Assembly: GCA_039916485.1 (NCBI GenBank)
Contig: JBDSLH010000007.1
Span: 1,832 to 65,831, forward strand
DNA length: 64,000 nt
Reading direction: 5' to 3'
From: Candidatus Saccharimonadales bacterium
Lineage (GTDB): Bacteria; Patescibacteriota; Saccharimonadia; Saccharimonadales; Saccharimonadaceae
The translations under genes and the position numbers were made by a program. Below, one piece after another: positions 29,665 to 40,281 of this stretch. Under the pieces are notes generated by a model, which did no database searches, was not told the origin of the DNA, and worked only from the letters and a program-made list of their open reading frames with translations. Numbering within the stretch: position 1 is the first letter of the stretch; each line of letters opens with the position of its first letter.

Positions 29665-31176
29665 TTATTCTTGCGTACTCTCTGTAATATAGGTATTTGA
29701 TTTGTGGCCATGAGGATCAGGGGTATGAATATATTTTTTAGGGAATAAAACGCCTTCATACGGTGTGATAACTCCATCAGAGAATATCCTTGTAATTGCC
29801 TGCGAGGTGGTTGGCAAAAATGGCTCTAACATAACTGCAATTTGCTGTAGTGTACCGGCAGAGTGAAGGAGAATCTCCTCTAGGTGACCCGCAGCATCAG
29901 GATTTGTATCCTTTTCTTTTGCAACACTCCAAGGTTTGACATCTTCGAGGTATTGGTTGAGCGAACGGACTGTTAACCACACTTCATCCATCGCTTTATT
30001 GAATTCAAGAGATCGCATTGCATCATGATAGGCCGTTGAATCATGTGATGGTTTTGCACCTTCACCAAGTACGCCTGCCTGGTATCGGTTAACCATGGCG
30101 ACAACTCGCTGGACGAGATTACCGAGCTCATTGCTCAACTCATTGTTATATGCATTCTCAAATTTTTCGTATGTGAAATCACCATCATCAAGTGTCGACA
30201 CATGTCGTGAAAAGTAATAGCGGAAGGCGTCTAACCCATATGCCTCTATGATTTCTATTGGATCAACAACATTGCCTATGGTTTTACTCATTTTGACACC
30301 ACCTACATCAATGAAACCATGTGCAAGTAACTTCTTCGGTAGTGGTAAATCAAGCGCGATTAACATCGCTGGCCATATAGCCGCATGAAATCGCATAATG
30401 TCTTTGCCGACAACCTGAATATCTGCAGGCCAATACTCTTTCCATTCTTCATTGTCGGGATAGCCAAGCACAGTAATGTAGTTGCTGAGCGCATCAATCC
30501 ATACATACATCACCTGAGTGTCATCACCGGGAATCGCAACACCCCACGACAGGTTTTTGCGTGGTCGAGAAATACTAATATCATCAAGCCCACCCTCGAG
30601 TAGTTTTAGTATTTCGTTTTTACGAAATGCCGGTACTATTTCAAACTTATGACTATCTATTGCTTCTTTAATTTGCTCAGTGAAGGCGCTAAGTTTGAAA
30701 TAGTAATTTTCTTCACTTAGATGTTCATACGGCTTGTTATGATTCGGGCAGATACCTCCATTTGCCTCGACTTCCTTATCAGTGAAAAATGCTTCATCTC
30801 CGACACAGTACCAGCCTGTATATGAGCCTTTGAAAATAAATGGCTGGAGTTTTTTCCATATATATTGAACTGATTGCTTATGATGATCATCCGTCGTACG
30901 AATAAAGTCTGTGTAGCTTGCGCCAATAGTCTTCATCAAAGTTTCGAAATTGCCGTACATACTATCAACATATGACTGAGGGTCGGTGTTAGCTTCTGCG
31001 GCTTTAGCGGCAATTTTGTTACCGTGCTCATCTGTTCCTACCTGAAAGCGGACGTCTTTACCATTTGTACGATGATACCTAGCCCAAATATCAGCTATGA
31101 GATAATCAAGAGCATTGCCAATGTGCGGCTTTGCGTTGACATACGGAATAGCGGTCGTAATATACAGTTTCTTCAT
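29665..31176 (-). CDS. metG: Methionine--tRNA ligase (short form)
   Basis: HIGN motif (YVNAKPHIGNAL), KMSKT motif (GGVKMSKTIGN), anticodon-binding helical domain. Confidence 0.95.
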   Translation of the reverse strand: MKKLYITTAIPYVNAKPHIGNALDYLIADIWARYHRTNGKDVRFQVGTDEHGNKIAAKAAEANTDPQSYVDSMYGNFETLMKTIGASYTDFIRTTDDHHKQSVQYIWKKLQPFIFKGSYTGWYCVGDEAFFTDKEVEANGGICPNHNKPYEHLSEENYYFKLSAFTEQIKEAIDSHKFEIVPAFRKNEILKLLEGGLDDISISRPRKNLSWGVAIPGDDTQVMYVWIDALSNYITVLGYPDNEEWKEYWPADIQVVGKDIMRFHAAIWPAMLIALDLPLPKKLLAHGFIDVGGVKMSKTIGNVVDPIEIIEAYGLDAFRYYFSRHVSTLDDGDFTYEKFENAYNNELSNELGNLVQRVVAMVNRYQAGVLGEGAKPSHDSTAYHDAMRSLEFNKAMDEVWLTVRSLNQYLEDVKPWSVAKEKDTNPDAAGHLEEILLHSAGTLQQIAVMLEPFLPTTSQAITRIFSDGVITPYEGVLFPKKYIHTPDPHGHKSNTYITESTQE

Positions 31177-31203
31177 TACTTTAAGTGTACCAGATAGAGA
31201 AAA

Positions 31204-31470
31204 TTATTGAGACCTGAGGTATGATGCACGTGCGTAAATCACAACTCGTAATGTCAACTCAAGTAGTATGAGTTGTAGTAAAAATACCACAGCCGGAAAT
31301 GCATAGCCGTCAGTAAAATCTGGGCTACGGTCGCTAACTCCACTTTGTACAAGTGCATCAGTCAGACTCGTGCTCCACGCCGTGATAACTCCAGCACCAA
31401 TCATTGCCAAAGCTATGGCGATAACAACCGATGAAGCATCATTGCGTTTTAAAACTTTGATAATAACCAT
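31204..31470 (-). CDS. Small two-TM membrane protein
   Basis: 88 aa with two hydrophobic helices. Confidence 0.4.
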   Translation of the reverse strand: MVIIKVLKRNDASSVVIAIALAMIGAGVITAWSTSLTDALVQSGVSDRSPDFTDGYAFPAVVFLLQLILLELTLRVVIYARASYLRSQ

Positions 31471-31495
31471 AAAAACTCCCCTTTAATTCCTTTTA

Positions 31496-32248
31496 TCATA
31501 TACGGTTATTGTCGGAGAGCCTAGCAGCCAGCATCATTCTGCCTTTTCGGCTGGCATCATCTTGCTCGTCAGCTGCACGTTGGGAGAAAAATCGAGTATC
31601 CTCATAAGTATCTTCGGGTGCATTATAGATATGTTCTCGTGGGACACCGGCTCGCACAAATCGTTGTATGTTGTGGCCTTCTACATCTATTACTATCTTG
31701 CCCGAAACGTCTGTTGACATAAATAATTCCCAATCTTCAGAGTATACCGGTTTAAAATAATCCATTCGATCATGCGCTTGTTTGAGGCTTGGGCTCATCC
31801 ATATATGCCAGTTCCGAGGATCGCTACCGATTGTATCAGCGACTTCAATAATAAAATGCTCAATCAATCTCGCAACCGAGGAGTGTCTCCCAAGATGTAG
31901 TACTCCCAGCATGTGCGTTATCGGGTCATAGACGAGTGTCGCGATACAATCCGCTACTGGCAAAACGATAACAACACCCCGCTCGGTCGTATAGGCAGCA
32001 TCAGAGACTACAATCTGGCTCTCCGTATCAACTATTCGCTCAATAGTCGCGTAGGTCATTGCGTCGCCATAGCGAATCTGGAGCTTGGAATGATCCGTCG
32101 TGCCAAAATTAGCCGAAAGAAGCTGTTTGCGTCGGTTTATGTGCTCATCCGTATCTGGCTTGCCACCGCCTGCTGCAATAGAACCGTCAGCTACAGTGGT
32201 GAATACAGCACGAATATCAGGATGGAAATTGATTGGCGTATACAGCAT
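31496..32248 (-). CDS. pgeF: YfiH/PgeF (DUF152, laccase-domain) purine nucleoside/peptidoglycan-editing enzyme family
   Basis: VADCIATLVYDP...GVLHLGRHS (Cys/His metal site) motif. Start placed at MLYTPINF, overlapping the rsmA stop. Confidence 0.75.
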   Translation of the reverse strand: MLYTPINFHPDIRAVFTTVADGSIAAGGGKPDTDEHINRRKQLLSANFGTTDHSKLQIRYGDAMTYATIERIVDTESQIVVSDAAYTTERGVVIVLPVADCIATLVYDPITHMLGVLHLGRHSSVARLIEHFIIEVADTIGSDPRNWHIWMSPSLKQAHDRMDYFKPVYSEDWELFMSTDVSGKIVIDVEGHNIQRFVRAGVPREHIYNAPEDTYEDTRFFSQRAADEQDDASRKGRMMLAARLSDNNRI

Positions 32249-33027
32249 TATATTGATAATTCCTGAGATGAATGACTTATAGCCAGCCACTGTTCGACTG
32301 ATAACTCTTGGGCACGCGCATCTTGCGACACACCCGCCTGCTCAAGTAAATGCTCGCAAGTCTGTTTGCTAATGTTGAGGCCTCCAGCAAGTGAGCTTCG
32401 TAGTTTTTTACGCCGAGCGACAAAACCGGCTTTAACAACTCGAAAGAACTGCTTTTGATCGTCAGATGTTACTAATGGTGAGTTTCGTAATTTTAAAACA
32501 ATTACCTGGCTATCAACTTTAGGGGGTGGTGTAAAATACTCTCGCGGTACGTATATACCTAATGTTGCTTCATAGTACACTTGCGTTATAACACTAAGGA
32601 TACTCATTGCACCTGGCTCGGCAGCAATACGATCTGCAACTTCTTTTTGCATAAGAAGCACAGCAACAGATGGTTTTTGTGACGTTTCAGTCAATGACCG
32701 GACGATTTTATTGGTAATGTAATACGGTATATTTCCAATCACTTTATACCCGCCCACTATTGCAGAAAAATCATACTGCAAAATATCAGTGTTGACGACC
32801 TCAAGTTGTTTACCGGGAAATTGTCCCAGTAGTTTACTGGCAAGCGTCTCATCATATTCAACAGCCGTTACTGATTTTGCTTGTCCAAGTATCACGCTCG
32901 TCATTGTACCCAGACCTGGGCCGATCTCTACTACGTGATCTTGCGGCGTTACTCCAGCTGAATCAACAATCGCCTCGAGGATGAGGCGATCTTTTAACCA
33001 GTGCTGGCCAAGTGATTTATTGGGCAT
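32248..33027 (-). CDS. rsmA: 16S rRNA (adenine1518/1519-N6)-dimethyltransferase
   Basis: LGQHWLKD, SAM motif VVEIGPGLGTMT, GNIPYYIT. Confidence 0.93.
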   Translation of the reverse strand: MPNKSLGQHWLKDRLILEAIVDSAGVTPQDHVVEIGPGLGTMTSVILGQAKSVTAVEYDETLASKLLGQFPGKQLEVVNTDILQYDFSAIVGGYKVIGNIPYYITNKIVRSLTETSQKPSVAVLLMQKEVADRIAAEPGAMSILSVITQVYYEATLGIYVPREYFTPPPKVDSQVIVLKLRNSPLVTSDDQKQFFRVVKAGFVARRKKLRSSLAGGLNISKQTCEHLLEQAGVSQDARAQELSVEQWLAISHSSQELSI

Positions 33028-33032
33028 TTAGT

Positions 33033-34223
33033 TTAGTACCAACCATGGCTTTGTGAATGAGCCATTGCACCTGCCCAACCACCATATCGTCCAGCAACAT
33101 ACGAGTTACCCCATCGTAGCGCTACGACTGGATCGTTCCAGTTTGGGCCTAGTTTTGAACAAGGTAGAGCCTGTACAAGGCCGCATGCGCCAGAAGATGT
33201 ATTAAGTGCATCAGGACGCCAGCCTGATTCTTTTTGAATCAATGTCTCAGCATATGAAAAGTCATTTGGAGATATGCCAGCAGCTGCCATCCACTCTGCA
33301 TGAGAACCGGAATAAGTTTTTGGTTTTGATCCAATAGCTATGACTTCTTTGACTGGTTCTTTGGTGGTGACGCTCGCAATCTCTTTTCGTGCTACTTCTT
33401 GTCCATTTCTGATCTCAATTTCATATGTAACTTGACGTGCACCATCACTACCAGGGGTGCGTACTTCCCTGAAGCCTAATTCACGATCCATATCTTTAAT
33501 TTCTTCAACTGGTTTCGTAATAGCGACTTCTTGAGTTACGGTTTGCTTACCGTTACGCCATACACTGACGTTCATACCAGCTACAAGTGGAGTTTCTATC
33601 GGAGTAGATAGGCCATCGTTCGGTCCAAGCTGAATTTTTTTCTCTTTGAGCATCTCACCAACTGTAGTTGTCTGTGTTCGTGCTTCAAATGTTTTGCCAT
33701 ATAGGTTGAACATAAATGGTGTCGCGCGATCTACATGAAGTTGAAGGCCAGCACCACCATCAGCCAGTGGATTACGTGATAGATCAAATGATGATTTGTC
33801 TTCATCATACATCGTCAGACCACCTGTTTCCATGATACGTCGCGGACTTTGCTCAGCAGTCAAAACCTGAATTTTACTAGCACCGTCGTGTATCACAACT
33901 GATCGAGCACGGTAGATGTTGACCTGATAATGCGATGCAGCAAGTTTTGTTGATGAACGTGGTTCAACACGATCAACTTCCTCGATACTCATCCCCTCGG
34001 CTCTAAGTGCATCTCCAACTGTTGTTTTGTTTGTCAAAAATGTACGTTCTTCACCCTGATCATACACAGTAATGAGTTTCTGATCGCCCTCGGGAATCGG
34101 GCCTTGTGCAGCAACACGTGATGCTCCAAATACCGCCAATATCGTAAATAATAGACAAGCAGCCCAAATCAGATACGTTCTGAGGGTTTGTTTCAGATAC
34201 AATGGTATTTGTTGTTCTTCCAC
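33033..34223 (-). CDS. RpfB-like cell-wall protein: TM anchor + DUF348 repeats + G5 domain + lysozyme-like C-terminal domain
   Basis: Three DUF348-like repeats (..TVGDALRAEGMSI.., ..TVGEMLKEKKIQL..). G5 (REVRTPGSDGARQVTYEI). C-terminal QKESGWRPDALNTSSGACGLVQ transglycosylase-like motif. Confidence 0.75.
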   Translation of the reverse strand: MEEQQIPLYLKQTLRTYLIWAACLLFTILAVFGASRVAAQGPIPEGDQKLITVYDQGEERTFLTNKTTVGDALRAEGMSIEEVDRVEPRSSTKLAASHYQVNIYRARSVVIHDGASKIQVLTAEQSPRRIMETGGLTMYDEDKSSFDLSRNPLADGGAGLQLHVDRATPFMFNLYGKTFEARTQTTTVGEMLKEKKIQLGPNDGLSTPIETPLVAGMNVSVWRNGKQTVTQEVAITKPVEEIKDMDRELGFREVRTPGSDGARQVTYEIEIRNGQEVARKEIASVTTKEPVKEVIAIGSKPKTYSGSHAEWMAAAGISPNDFSYAETLIQKESGWRPDALNTSSGACGLVQALPCSKLGPNWNDPVVALRWGNSYVAGRYGGWAGAMAHSQSHGWY

Positions 34224-34242
34224 AATAAGTAGAAGAAGTATA

Positions 34243-34704
34243 CTAGCTTTTCTTCAAAAGCGCAAGTGCAATAGCCTCTGCTGAGTAGTCTGTCATGCCC
34301 CTCGGTAACTGATCGAGAGGGAACCATTTGCGGTCGATTATCTCAAAACTATATGGAAATTTGAGCGGTACAAAGTCTTTGCGTTTGATACGGGACAAAA
34401 AAATTGGTAAATCAGCACGCATCTGGTCGTTCCTGAGTGTTGTAACAAATTGCAATGAGGACTTATCGATACTAAAGCCGGTTTCCTCTTTTATTTCTCT
34501 CACGCTTGCATGTTCAGGTGTTTCACCACGCTCAACACCACCGCCAGGAAGGCTCCATAGTTGCTTTGATAGCCATGAACGGACCAAGAGCACGTTGCTT
34601 GCATCATCAATAAGCATGACTCTGACTCGCTGTGAACTCCATCCCGGTATATACGGAATAATCTTACTCACGAGCATATATAAAATAAGGCCAATCTTGT
34701 TCAT
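34243..34704 (-). CDS. NUDIX hydrolase
   Basis: Nudix box GGGVERGETPEHASVREIKEETG. ATGA overlap with pcrA. Confidence 0.8.
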   Translation of the reverse strand: MNKIGLILYMLVSKIIPYIPGWSSQRVRVMLIDDASNVLLVRSWLSKQLWSLPGGGVERGETPEHASVREIKEETGFSIDKSSLQFVTTLRNDQMRADLPIFLSRIKRKDFVPLKFPYSFEIIDRKWFPLDQLPRGMTDYSAEAIALALLKKS

Positions 34705-36836
34705 AATTTTTGTAACGGAGCGAATGCAACATTCAGCTTCTTAACTCCTTTACCACGAAACGCCACCGTGACAACACTGCCATCAATATGCGTGACAAGT
34801 CCAATTCCAAATACCTGGTGCTGGACATTATCGCCGACAGAAACATCTACTTCTTCACTCTCTATATATGGCTCATTCGACGAAGCATGGATCCCACTTT
34901 GATAGCTGTTCATTGGCGATGAAATCTCTGTCGAATCGATATCACTCAAGAATCTGGAGGGTGGATTGTGCTGGGTTGTACCAAAAATCATCCGACTACT
35001 GGCTGAGCTAAGATAGAGCTCTTCTCGTGCTCGTGTCATGCCTACGTAACACAGGCGACGCTCTTCTTCCATTTGCTCACTATCATACAGTGCACGGCTG
35101 TGAGGGAAGATCGTTTCTTCCATGCCCACCATAAATACCACTGGGAACTCTAAGCCTTTTGCAGCATGGAGTGTCATGAGGGTAATTGTATTTTGTGAGT
35201 CATTACTTGTATCAAGATCAGAAAGTAACGATAGTTCTTCGAGGTATCCACCGAGATCCATATCGACACGTTCTTTTGCATCACTAACTAACTCCCTCAC
35301 GTTCGCCATGCGGTCTTCTGACTGAGCAGACCCGTCATCAAGAAATTCCAAGTATCGAATGCGTTTGATGACGAGTTCTATTAGCTCTGCGAGCGACGCC
35401 TCAGCCAGTGTCGTACGAAGTGATGATAATGCATCACCTAGCTCTTTGAAGGCAGTACGAGCCCGAGGCGTCAGTCCTTGGCACAGGTCCACGGCTTCGA
35501 GCGCTTGGATCATATCCATGCTGGTCTGTTCTTGCCAGAGCAAAAACTTTTCAATAGACGTAGCACCGAGCCCGCGTGTCGGTACATTAACGATGCGAGA
35601 AAAGCTAGGGCGATCAAACGGCTGATACAGCAATCGCAAATAGGCGACTATATCTTTGATCTCTTTGCGATCATAGAATCTCGTACCCCCAACGATACGA
35701 TACGGCACGCTATATCTGATACACATCTCTTCGATAGCGCGTGATTGGGCGTTGGTCCTGTATAGGACAGCGACATCTTTATACGTCCTGGTGCGTGCAC
35801 CGACCATTGACCGGATGCGTGTAATGATACTTTCTGCTTCATGCAGCTCTGATCCAGCATAGAGAAGTTGTACAGGCAGTCCACCCACCTTGTCAGTAAT
35901 CAAATTTTTGTCGGTACGATTGAGGTTTTTTGAGATAACATTATGGGCGGCATCGAGAATTGGTTTTGTTGAGCGGTAGTTCTGCTCAAGTTTGACTACA
36001 AGTGAGCCAGGAAAATCACGCTCAAAATTAAGAATGTTAGTAAAATCAGCCCCACGCCAGCTATAGATAGATTGCCAGTCATCACCTACAACACAGAGGT
36101 TCTGTCGATCATTGACGAGTAATTTTATGAGTTTATATTGAGCTGCATTTGTATCCTGGTACTCATCTATCAAGATAAAGTTAAAGCGCTTTTGCCAGAG
36201 CTCCTGGATCTCTTTTGAGCTTTTGAGCAGTCGGACTGCCTCCGCTATCAAATCATCAAAATCGAGCGCTGCCGTGGCCTTTCTCAACCGTTCGTATACT
36301 GGGAATACATCTGCGACGATTTTTTGCTGTGGTAATTTGGCAATGTTTGCATACTCCTGCGGTGAAACCAAATCATTTTTCGCTGTACTTATCTGACTCG
36401 CCACTCCCCGTGGTGTAAAGGATTTTTCGGATATGCTCAGCTGCTTCATCGCCTGCTTCACCACGCTAAGTCGATCTCCTTCATCTAAGATAATGAAATT
36501 TCGTGGTATTCCTATTTGTTCCCCATCAATTCGAAGCATCCGCACGCAAATCGAGTGGAAAGTCCCCATCCACGGCATAAAACTTCGGTTTTGAGCATTT
36601 TCTCCCGTGATATATGCAAGTCGCTCTCGCATTTCCTTTGCAGCCTTGTTAGTAAAAGTAACGGCCAAAATAGAAGACGACGGCGCACCTGATTCTAATA
36701 GATTTGCAATACGATGTGTCAGTGTCTTTGTTTTGCCCGATCCAGCACCAGCCAAAATCAGCAGTGGACCGTCTCGATGCTCAACGGCTTGCTTCTGCGC
36801 ATCATTGAGCCCAGCAAAAATTGAAGAGATTTCCAT
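34701..36836 (-). CDS. pcrA: ATP-dependent DNA helicase PcrA/UvrD (SF1)
   Basis: Motif I AGAGSGKT, II ILIDEYQDTN, III VGDDWQSIYSWRGA, V/VI TLHAAKGLEF...VGMTRA. Confidence 0.93.
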   Translation of the reverse strand: MEISSIFAGLNDAQKQAVEHRDGPLLILAGAGSGKTKTLTHRIANLLESGAPSSSILAVTFTNKAAKEMRERLAYITGENAQNRSFMPWMGTFHSICVRMLRIDGEQIGIPRNFIILDEGDRLSVVKQAMKQLSISEKSFTPRGVASQISTAKNDLVSPQEYANIAKLPQQKIVADVFPVYERLRKATAALDFDDLIAEAVRLLKSSKEIQELWQKRFNFILIDEYQDTNAAQYKLIKLLVNDRQNLCVVGDDWQSIYSWRGADFTNILNFERDFPGSLVVKLEQNYRSTKPILDAAHNVISKNLNRTDKNLITDKVGGLPVQLLYAGSELHEAESIITRIRSMVGARTRTYKDVAVLYRTNAQSRAIEEMCIRYSVPYRIVGGTRFYDRKEIKDIVAYLRLLYQPFDRPSFSRIVNVPTRGLGATSIEKFLLWQEQTSMDMIQALEAVDLCQGLTPRARTAFKELGDALSSLRTTLAEASLAELIELVIKRIRYLEFLDDGSAQSEDRMANVRELVSDAKERVDMDLGGYLEELSLLSDLDTSNDSQNTITLMTLHAAKGLEFPVVFMVGMEETIFPHSRALYDSEQMEEERRLCYVGMTRAREELYLSSASSRMIFGTTQHNPPSRFLSDIDSTEISSPMNSYQSGIHASSNEPYIESEEVDVSVGDNVQHQVFGIGLVTHIDGSVVTVAFRGKGVKKLNVAFAPLQKL

Positions 36837-36860
36837 CTACCCTATTGTACCTGGAAAAGA

Positions 36861-38183
36861 CTATGCTTGCCCGTATAGAAAATACAACACGCCCAGTGCG
36901 GCACCGACTATGAACAGAGATGCAGCAACTACAATCCATGTGAGTTTCGGGCTATGATGTGTAGCGGCGTCAGTATGGCCAAGTGTGCTGGTGTCGAACA
37001 TTGGGTGTGGCTCGGCAGTTGTAGCAGCCATAGCAACAGAATTTGTCATACCGTTAGACTGAATAGATTCAGCTGCTGCAGGCGTCGTGTCCGTCGTATC
37101 AGCATGTGTTTCATCTGATTCACCGACTGTCTCATTAGCTTCTACAGCCATAATATCTTTATCAAACTCTTTTGGTACTGTAGCAGTCAGCGTTGGATCG
37201 AGTGAAACTTGATCAGATACCGGTTCAGTCGATTCAGGTTGCGTGTAGGCCGCAGGTGTCTCTACAGGATTTTGAAGATCAGATGATAGAGGGTTTAGTG
37301 GTCGTTTCGTGACTGGAACGTCTGGAATAAAGGGTGTGGTGGCATCAGTTTTCTCTGTTGGACTCTCAGGCTGAGTATCGAAGTTGTCGTGTGATATTGA
37401 AGGTTCCTGGTCATCTGAATTAACTTCTGGTGAGTCTTCGCTGACCGAAGTATCGTCGTCGTGCGCGATTTCTGGTGCAGAGTCTGTGGCAATTTCTGGC
37501 TGAGCTGGCTCATTACTCGCTGAGTCATCCGATGATACCGTAGGTGAGAAATCACTACTTGGTGTCAGCGTTACCCCTCCACGTGGACCCATAGGCTTTT
37601 TACTATCATTACTTTGTGGGGTCATCACATCCATAAACCGACCGCGTTTTACTGGAATGCTGGCAAGGCTGGTTGTGGTGCCTTGGCTGACTTCTGGTGC
37701 AGACATGATCTCCTCATCATCCGTACTCGCGTCTTCTTCGTCTAACTCAGGAGTAGTACTACTAGTCTCACTAGTGTCATCTGTGTTTAGTTCAGAAGAC
37801 TCAGAAGGCTGCGATTCTTCTACTGATTCAGTATCAACCGTCTCATCATGCTCGTCAGACAGTTCATCCTGCGATGAATCGTCCTGCGAAGCCTGGTAAA
37901 CACTTGGTGCAGTAGTTACATCTATATGTTCTTGTTGTGAGTCATCTGAGGTGTTACTCCCCACAGAAACAGCTATAGGGACGGCATCATCATTACTATT
38001 GTCGTCAGTACCAACCACTACGTTCTCATCGTGATCTGTGTCATTAGTTTGTGTTGACACCAGTACTTGGGAATCGGTTGATGCTGCGTTAGTGTCGTCG
38101 GTTTGCCCAGTATCAGGCGTATCTTTTTTTGCCAATACAGAATTTACCGCTCGATCTAGTTCGTCAAAGTCGAAATCTTTCAT
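36861..38183 (-). CDS. Highly acidic, D/S/T/E-rich disordered protein with C-terminal TM anchor
   Basis: MKDFDFDELDRAVNSVL N-terminus, ~380 aa of low-complexity acidic sequence, terminal helix LTWIVVAASLFIVGAALGVLYFLY. Confidence 0.6.
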   Translation of the reverse strand: MKDFDFDELDRAVNSVLAKKDTPDTGQTDDTNAASTDSQVLVSTQTNDTDHDENVVVGTDDNSNDDAVPIAVSVGSNTSDDSQQEHIDVTTAPSVYQASQDDSSQDELSDEHDETVDTESVEESQPSESSELNTDDTSETSSTTPELDEEDASTDDEEIMSAPEVSQGTTTSLASIPVKRGRFMDVMTPQSNDSKKPMGPRGGVTLTPSSDFSPTVSSDDSASNEPAQPEIATDSAPEIAHDDDTSVSEDSPEVNSDDQEPSISHDNFDTQPESPTEKTDATTPFIPDVPVTKRPLNPLSSDLQNPVETPAAYTQPESTEPVSDQVSLDPTLTATVPKEFDKDIMAVEANETVGESDETHADTTDTTPAAAESIQSNGMTNSVAMAATTAEPHPMFDTSTLGHTDAATHHSPKLTWIVVAASLFIVGAALGVLYFLYGQA

Positions 38184-38192
38184 TGCCCCACC

Positions 38193-38975
38193 CTACTTTG
38201 TATTAGTCTTATGGTTAGTATGCGCTAGATCAACTATCTTGGCAAATGCATGCGCATTTAGGCTCGCACCCCCGACAAGAAGCCCATCAATTCGTTTAGA
38301 TGACAGGAAAGATTCGGCATTTTCAACAGACACACTTGCTCCATATATAATACGCACCGAATCGGCTGCAGATTCACCGTATAATGCTGCAACCTGCTTA
38401 TATATTAATGATGCGATTTCTTCCGCATCCTTTGCAGTTGCAGCAGTACCTGTTCCTATTGCCCATACTGGCTCATAGGCAATAACAACATGAGATATTT
38501 CATCCGACGTCAAATTAGCTAGTCCGCTAACTACTTGATCATGAATGACATGTTTTGTCTCTTTATCTGCCCTTTGGGTTGCTGTTTCGCCAACACAAAG
38601 GATTGGTATCATTTTGTTACGGACTACAGCTTGGACTTTATGCCGAATATCTTTATCATGCTCACCAAAAATATGTCGACGCTCAGAATGCCCGACTAAA
38701 ACATAGTCAACGAGTCCATGAAGCTGAGTTGCGGATACTTCACCTGTAAATGCTCCTTCATCACGCCAATAGCAGTTTTGTGCTCCCAGCTTAAACTGAC
38801 GATGATTTACCTGAAGACTGAGTGACTGTAATCCGAGTGTGGTTGGACACAGAACAACCTCAACATCTGTATGTGTCGCTACTTCTTTCTCAAGTTTATG
38901 GAGCAGCAAACTAGCGTTATGCACGTTGTGGTGCATTTTCCAGTTGCCGACGATCAGTGATTTACGCTTAGTCAT
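38193..38975 (-). CDS. tpiA: Triosephosphate isomerase
   Basis: GNWKMH, VGHSERR, AYEPVWAIGTG, GGASL motifs. Confidence 0.93.
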   Translation of the reverse strand: MTKRKSLIVGNWKMHHNVHNASLLLHKLEKEVATHTDVEVVLCPTTLGLQSLSLQVNHRQFKLGAQNCYWRDEGAFTGEVSATQLHGLVDYVLVGHSERRHIFGEHDKDIRHKVQAVVRNKMIPILCVGETATQRADKETKHVIHDQVVSGLANLTSDEISHVVIAYEPVWAIGTGTAATAKDAEEIASLIYKQVAALYGESAADSVRIIYGASVSVENAESFLSSKRIDGLLVGGASLNAHAFAKIVDLAHTNHKTNTK

Positions 38976-39024
38976 ACTGCTTGTGCTTACTCCTTAGTCT
39001 ATCTCATCCGTGTCTGTCCGTCTA

Positions 39025-40251
39025 TCATGCATTCAACAGAGCTTTGATACCCGGTAGCTGGACACCTGCCATCAACTCAATACTTGCACCGCCGCCGGTT
39101 GAAACATGGTCAAAACTCTTCCCGTCATGTTGGTCCCAGTGCAAAACAAAATCAGCGGTATCCCCGCCCCCAACAATACTCGTAACGCTGTCTGCCTGCT
39201 GTGCGAGCGCAAGTGCTATTCGAGCAGAACCGTGGGCGAACTGTGGCATCTCTGCCATCCCCATCGTGCCATTCCATATAACTGTCTTAGAATCAGATAC
39301 GATACGGATTGCAGCTTCGATTGACGCTGTACCTATGTCTAGTATGTACTCATCGTCTGCCACATCTTTTATATCGACTATAGTGCGTCGAGCAGTACCG
39401 TCGAGTGTGGTTGCTACCGCAACATCAGTAGGCAATACAATAAAATCATCGACGTTTGATGTTTTCTTTTCAACTGCTGTATAAATACGCTTAACAATCT
39501 CCTCGAGACCGTCTTCGTGTTTGCTCTTGCCGATGGAGTAGCCATGATACTTCAAAAATGTATTCGCCATTGCGCCACCGATTATGATTTTGTCCGCAAC
39601 TGATACGAACTTTTCTATAACATCTATCTTATCGCTAATTTTGGCACCCCCCATAATTGCCGTCAGTGGTCGCTCGGGGTTGGACATGGCATTAGTAATC
39701 ATCGTGTATTCGCGTTCAAGGAGGAGTCCTGCTGAGCTCGGCAAAAAATGAGTAATAGCATCTGTACTTGCATGGGCTCGATGAACGACGCCAAAACCTT
39801 CTTGGACAAAATAATCAGCCGAAGAACTCCGTGCGAGCACTTCTGCAAACGCCATATCATTTGCTTCTTCACCTGCGTGAAAGCGAAGGTTTTCGAGCAG
39901 TAGGACTTCACCGGGACGCAACCGACGACTTGCTTGGAGCACCTTGTCGCCGACACAATCGTCAACAAATTTTACTGGCTGTTTTAGTAGCTCAACAAGT
40001 CGATGTGCTACCGGCTCAAGAGATTCACTCTGATTTACTTTGCCATCAGGTCGACCGAGATGCGCAATCAGCACAATTTTACAATGTCGTTTCATAAGCT
40101 CATGTATTGTTGGTAAGCTCGCTCGTATGCGGAAATCATCAGTGATACTGCCGTCTTTTGCCAGCGGCACATTATAATCAACGCGCATCAAAACAGTTTT
40201 GCCATCAAGGGGCACAGCATGAAACGATTTCTTCGGAAAGTTACCCACCAT
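39025..40251 (-). CDS. pgk: Phosphoglycerate kinase
   Basis: RVDYNVPL, AHLGRP, GGAKISDKI, STGGGA motifs. Confidence 0.95.
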   Translation of the reverse strand: MVGNFPKKSFHAVPLDGKTVLMRVDYNVPLAKDGSITDDFRIRASLPTIHELMKRHCKIVLIAHLGRPDGKVNQSESLEPVAHRLVELLKQPVKFVDDCVGDKVLQASRRLRPGEVLLLENLRFHAGEEANDMAFAEVLARSSSADYFVQEGFGVVHRAHASTDAITHFLPSSAGLLLEREYTMITNAMSNPERPLTAIMGGAKISDKIDVIEKFVSVADKIIIGGAMANTFLKYHGYSIGKSKHEDGLEEIVKRIYTAVEKKTSNVDDFIVLPTDVAVATTLDGTARRTIVDIKDVADDEYILDIGTASIEAAIRIVSDSKTVIWNGTMGMAEMPQFAHGSARIALALAQQADSVTSIVGGGDTADFVLHWDQHDGKSFDHVSTGGGASIELMAGVQLPGIKALLNA

Positions 40252-40281
40252 ATACGCTATAAACTATAGCATTGTATCGAG

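Noticed and set aside
37657-38478. Plus-strand ORFs 37657-37899 and 38038-38478
   Set aside because: They are antisense to the acidic protein and tpiA genes. Ser/Val-rich mirror translations.
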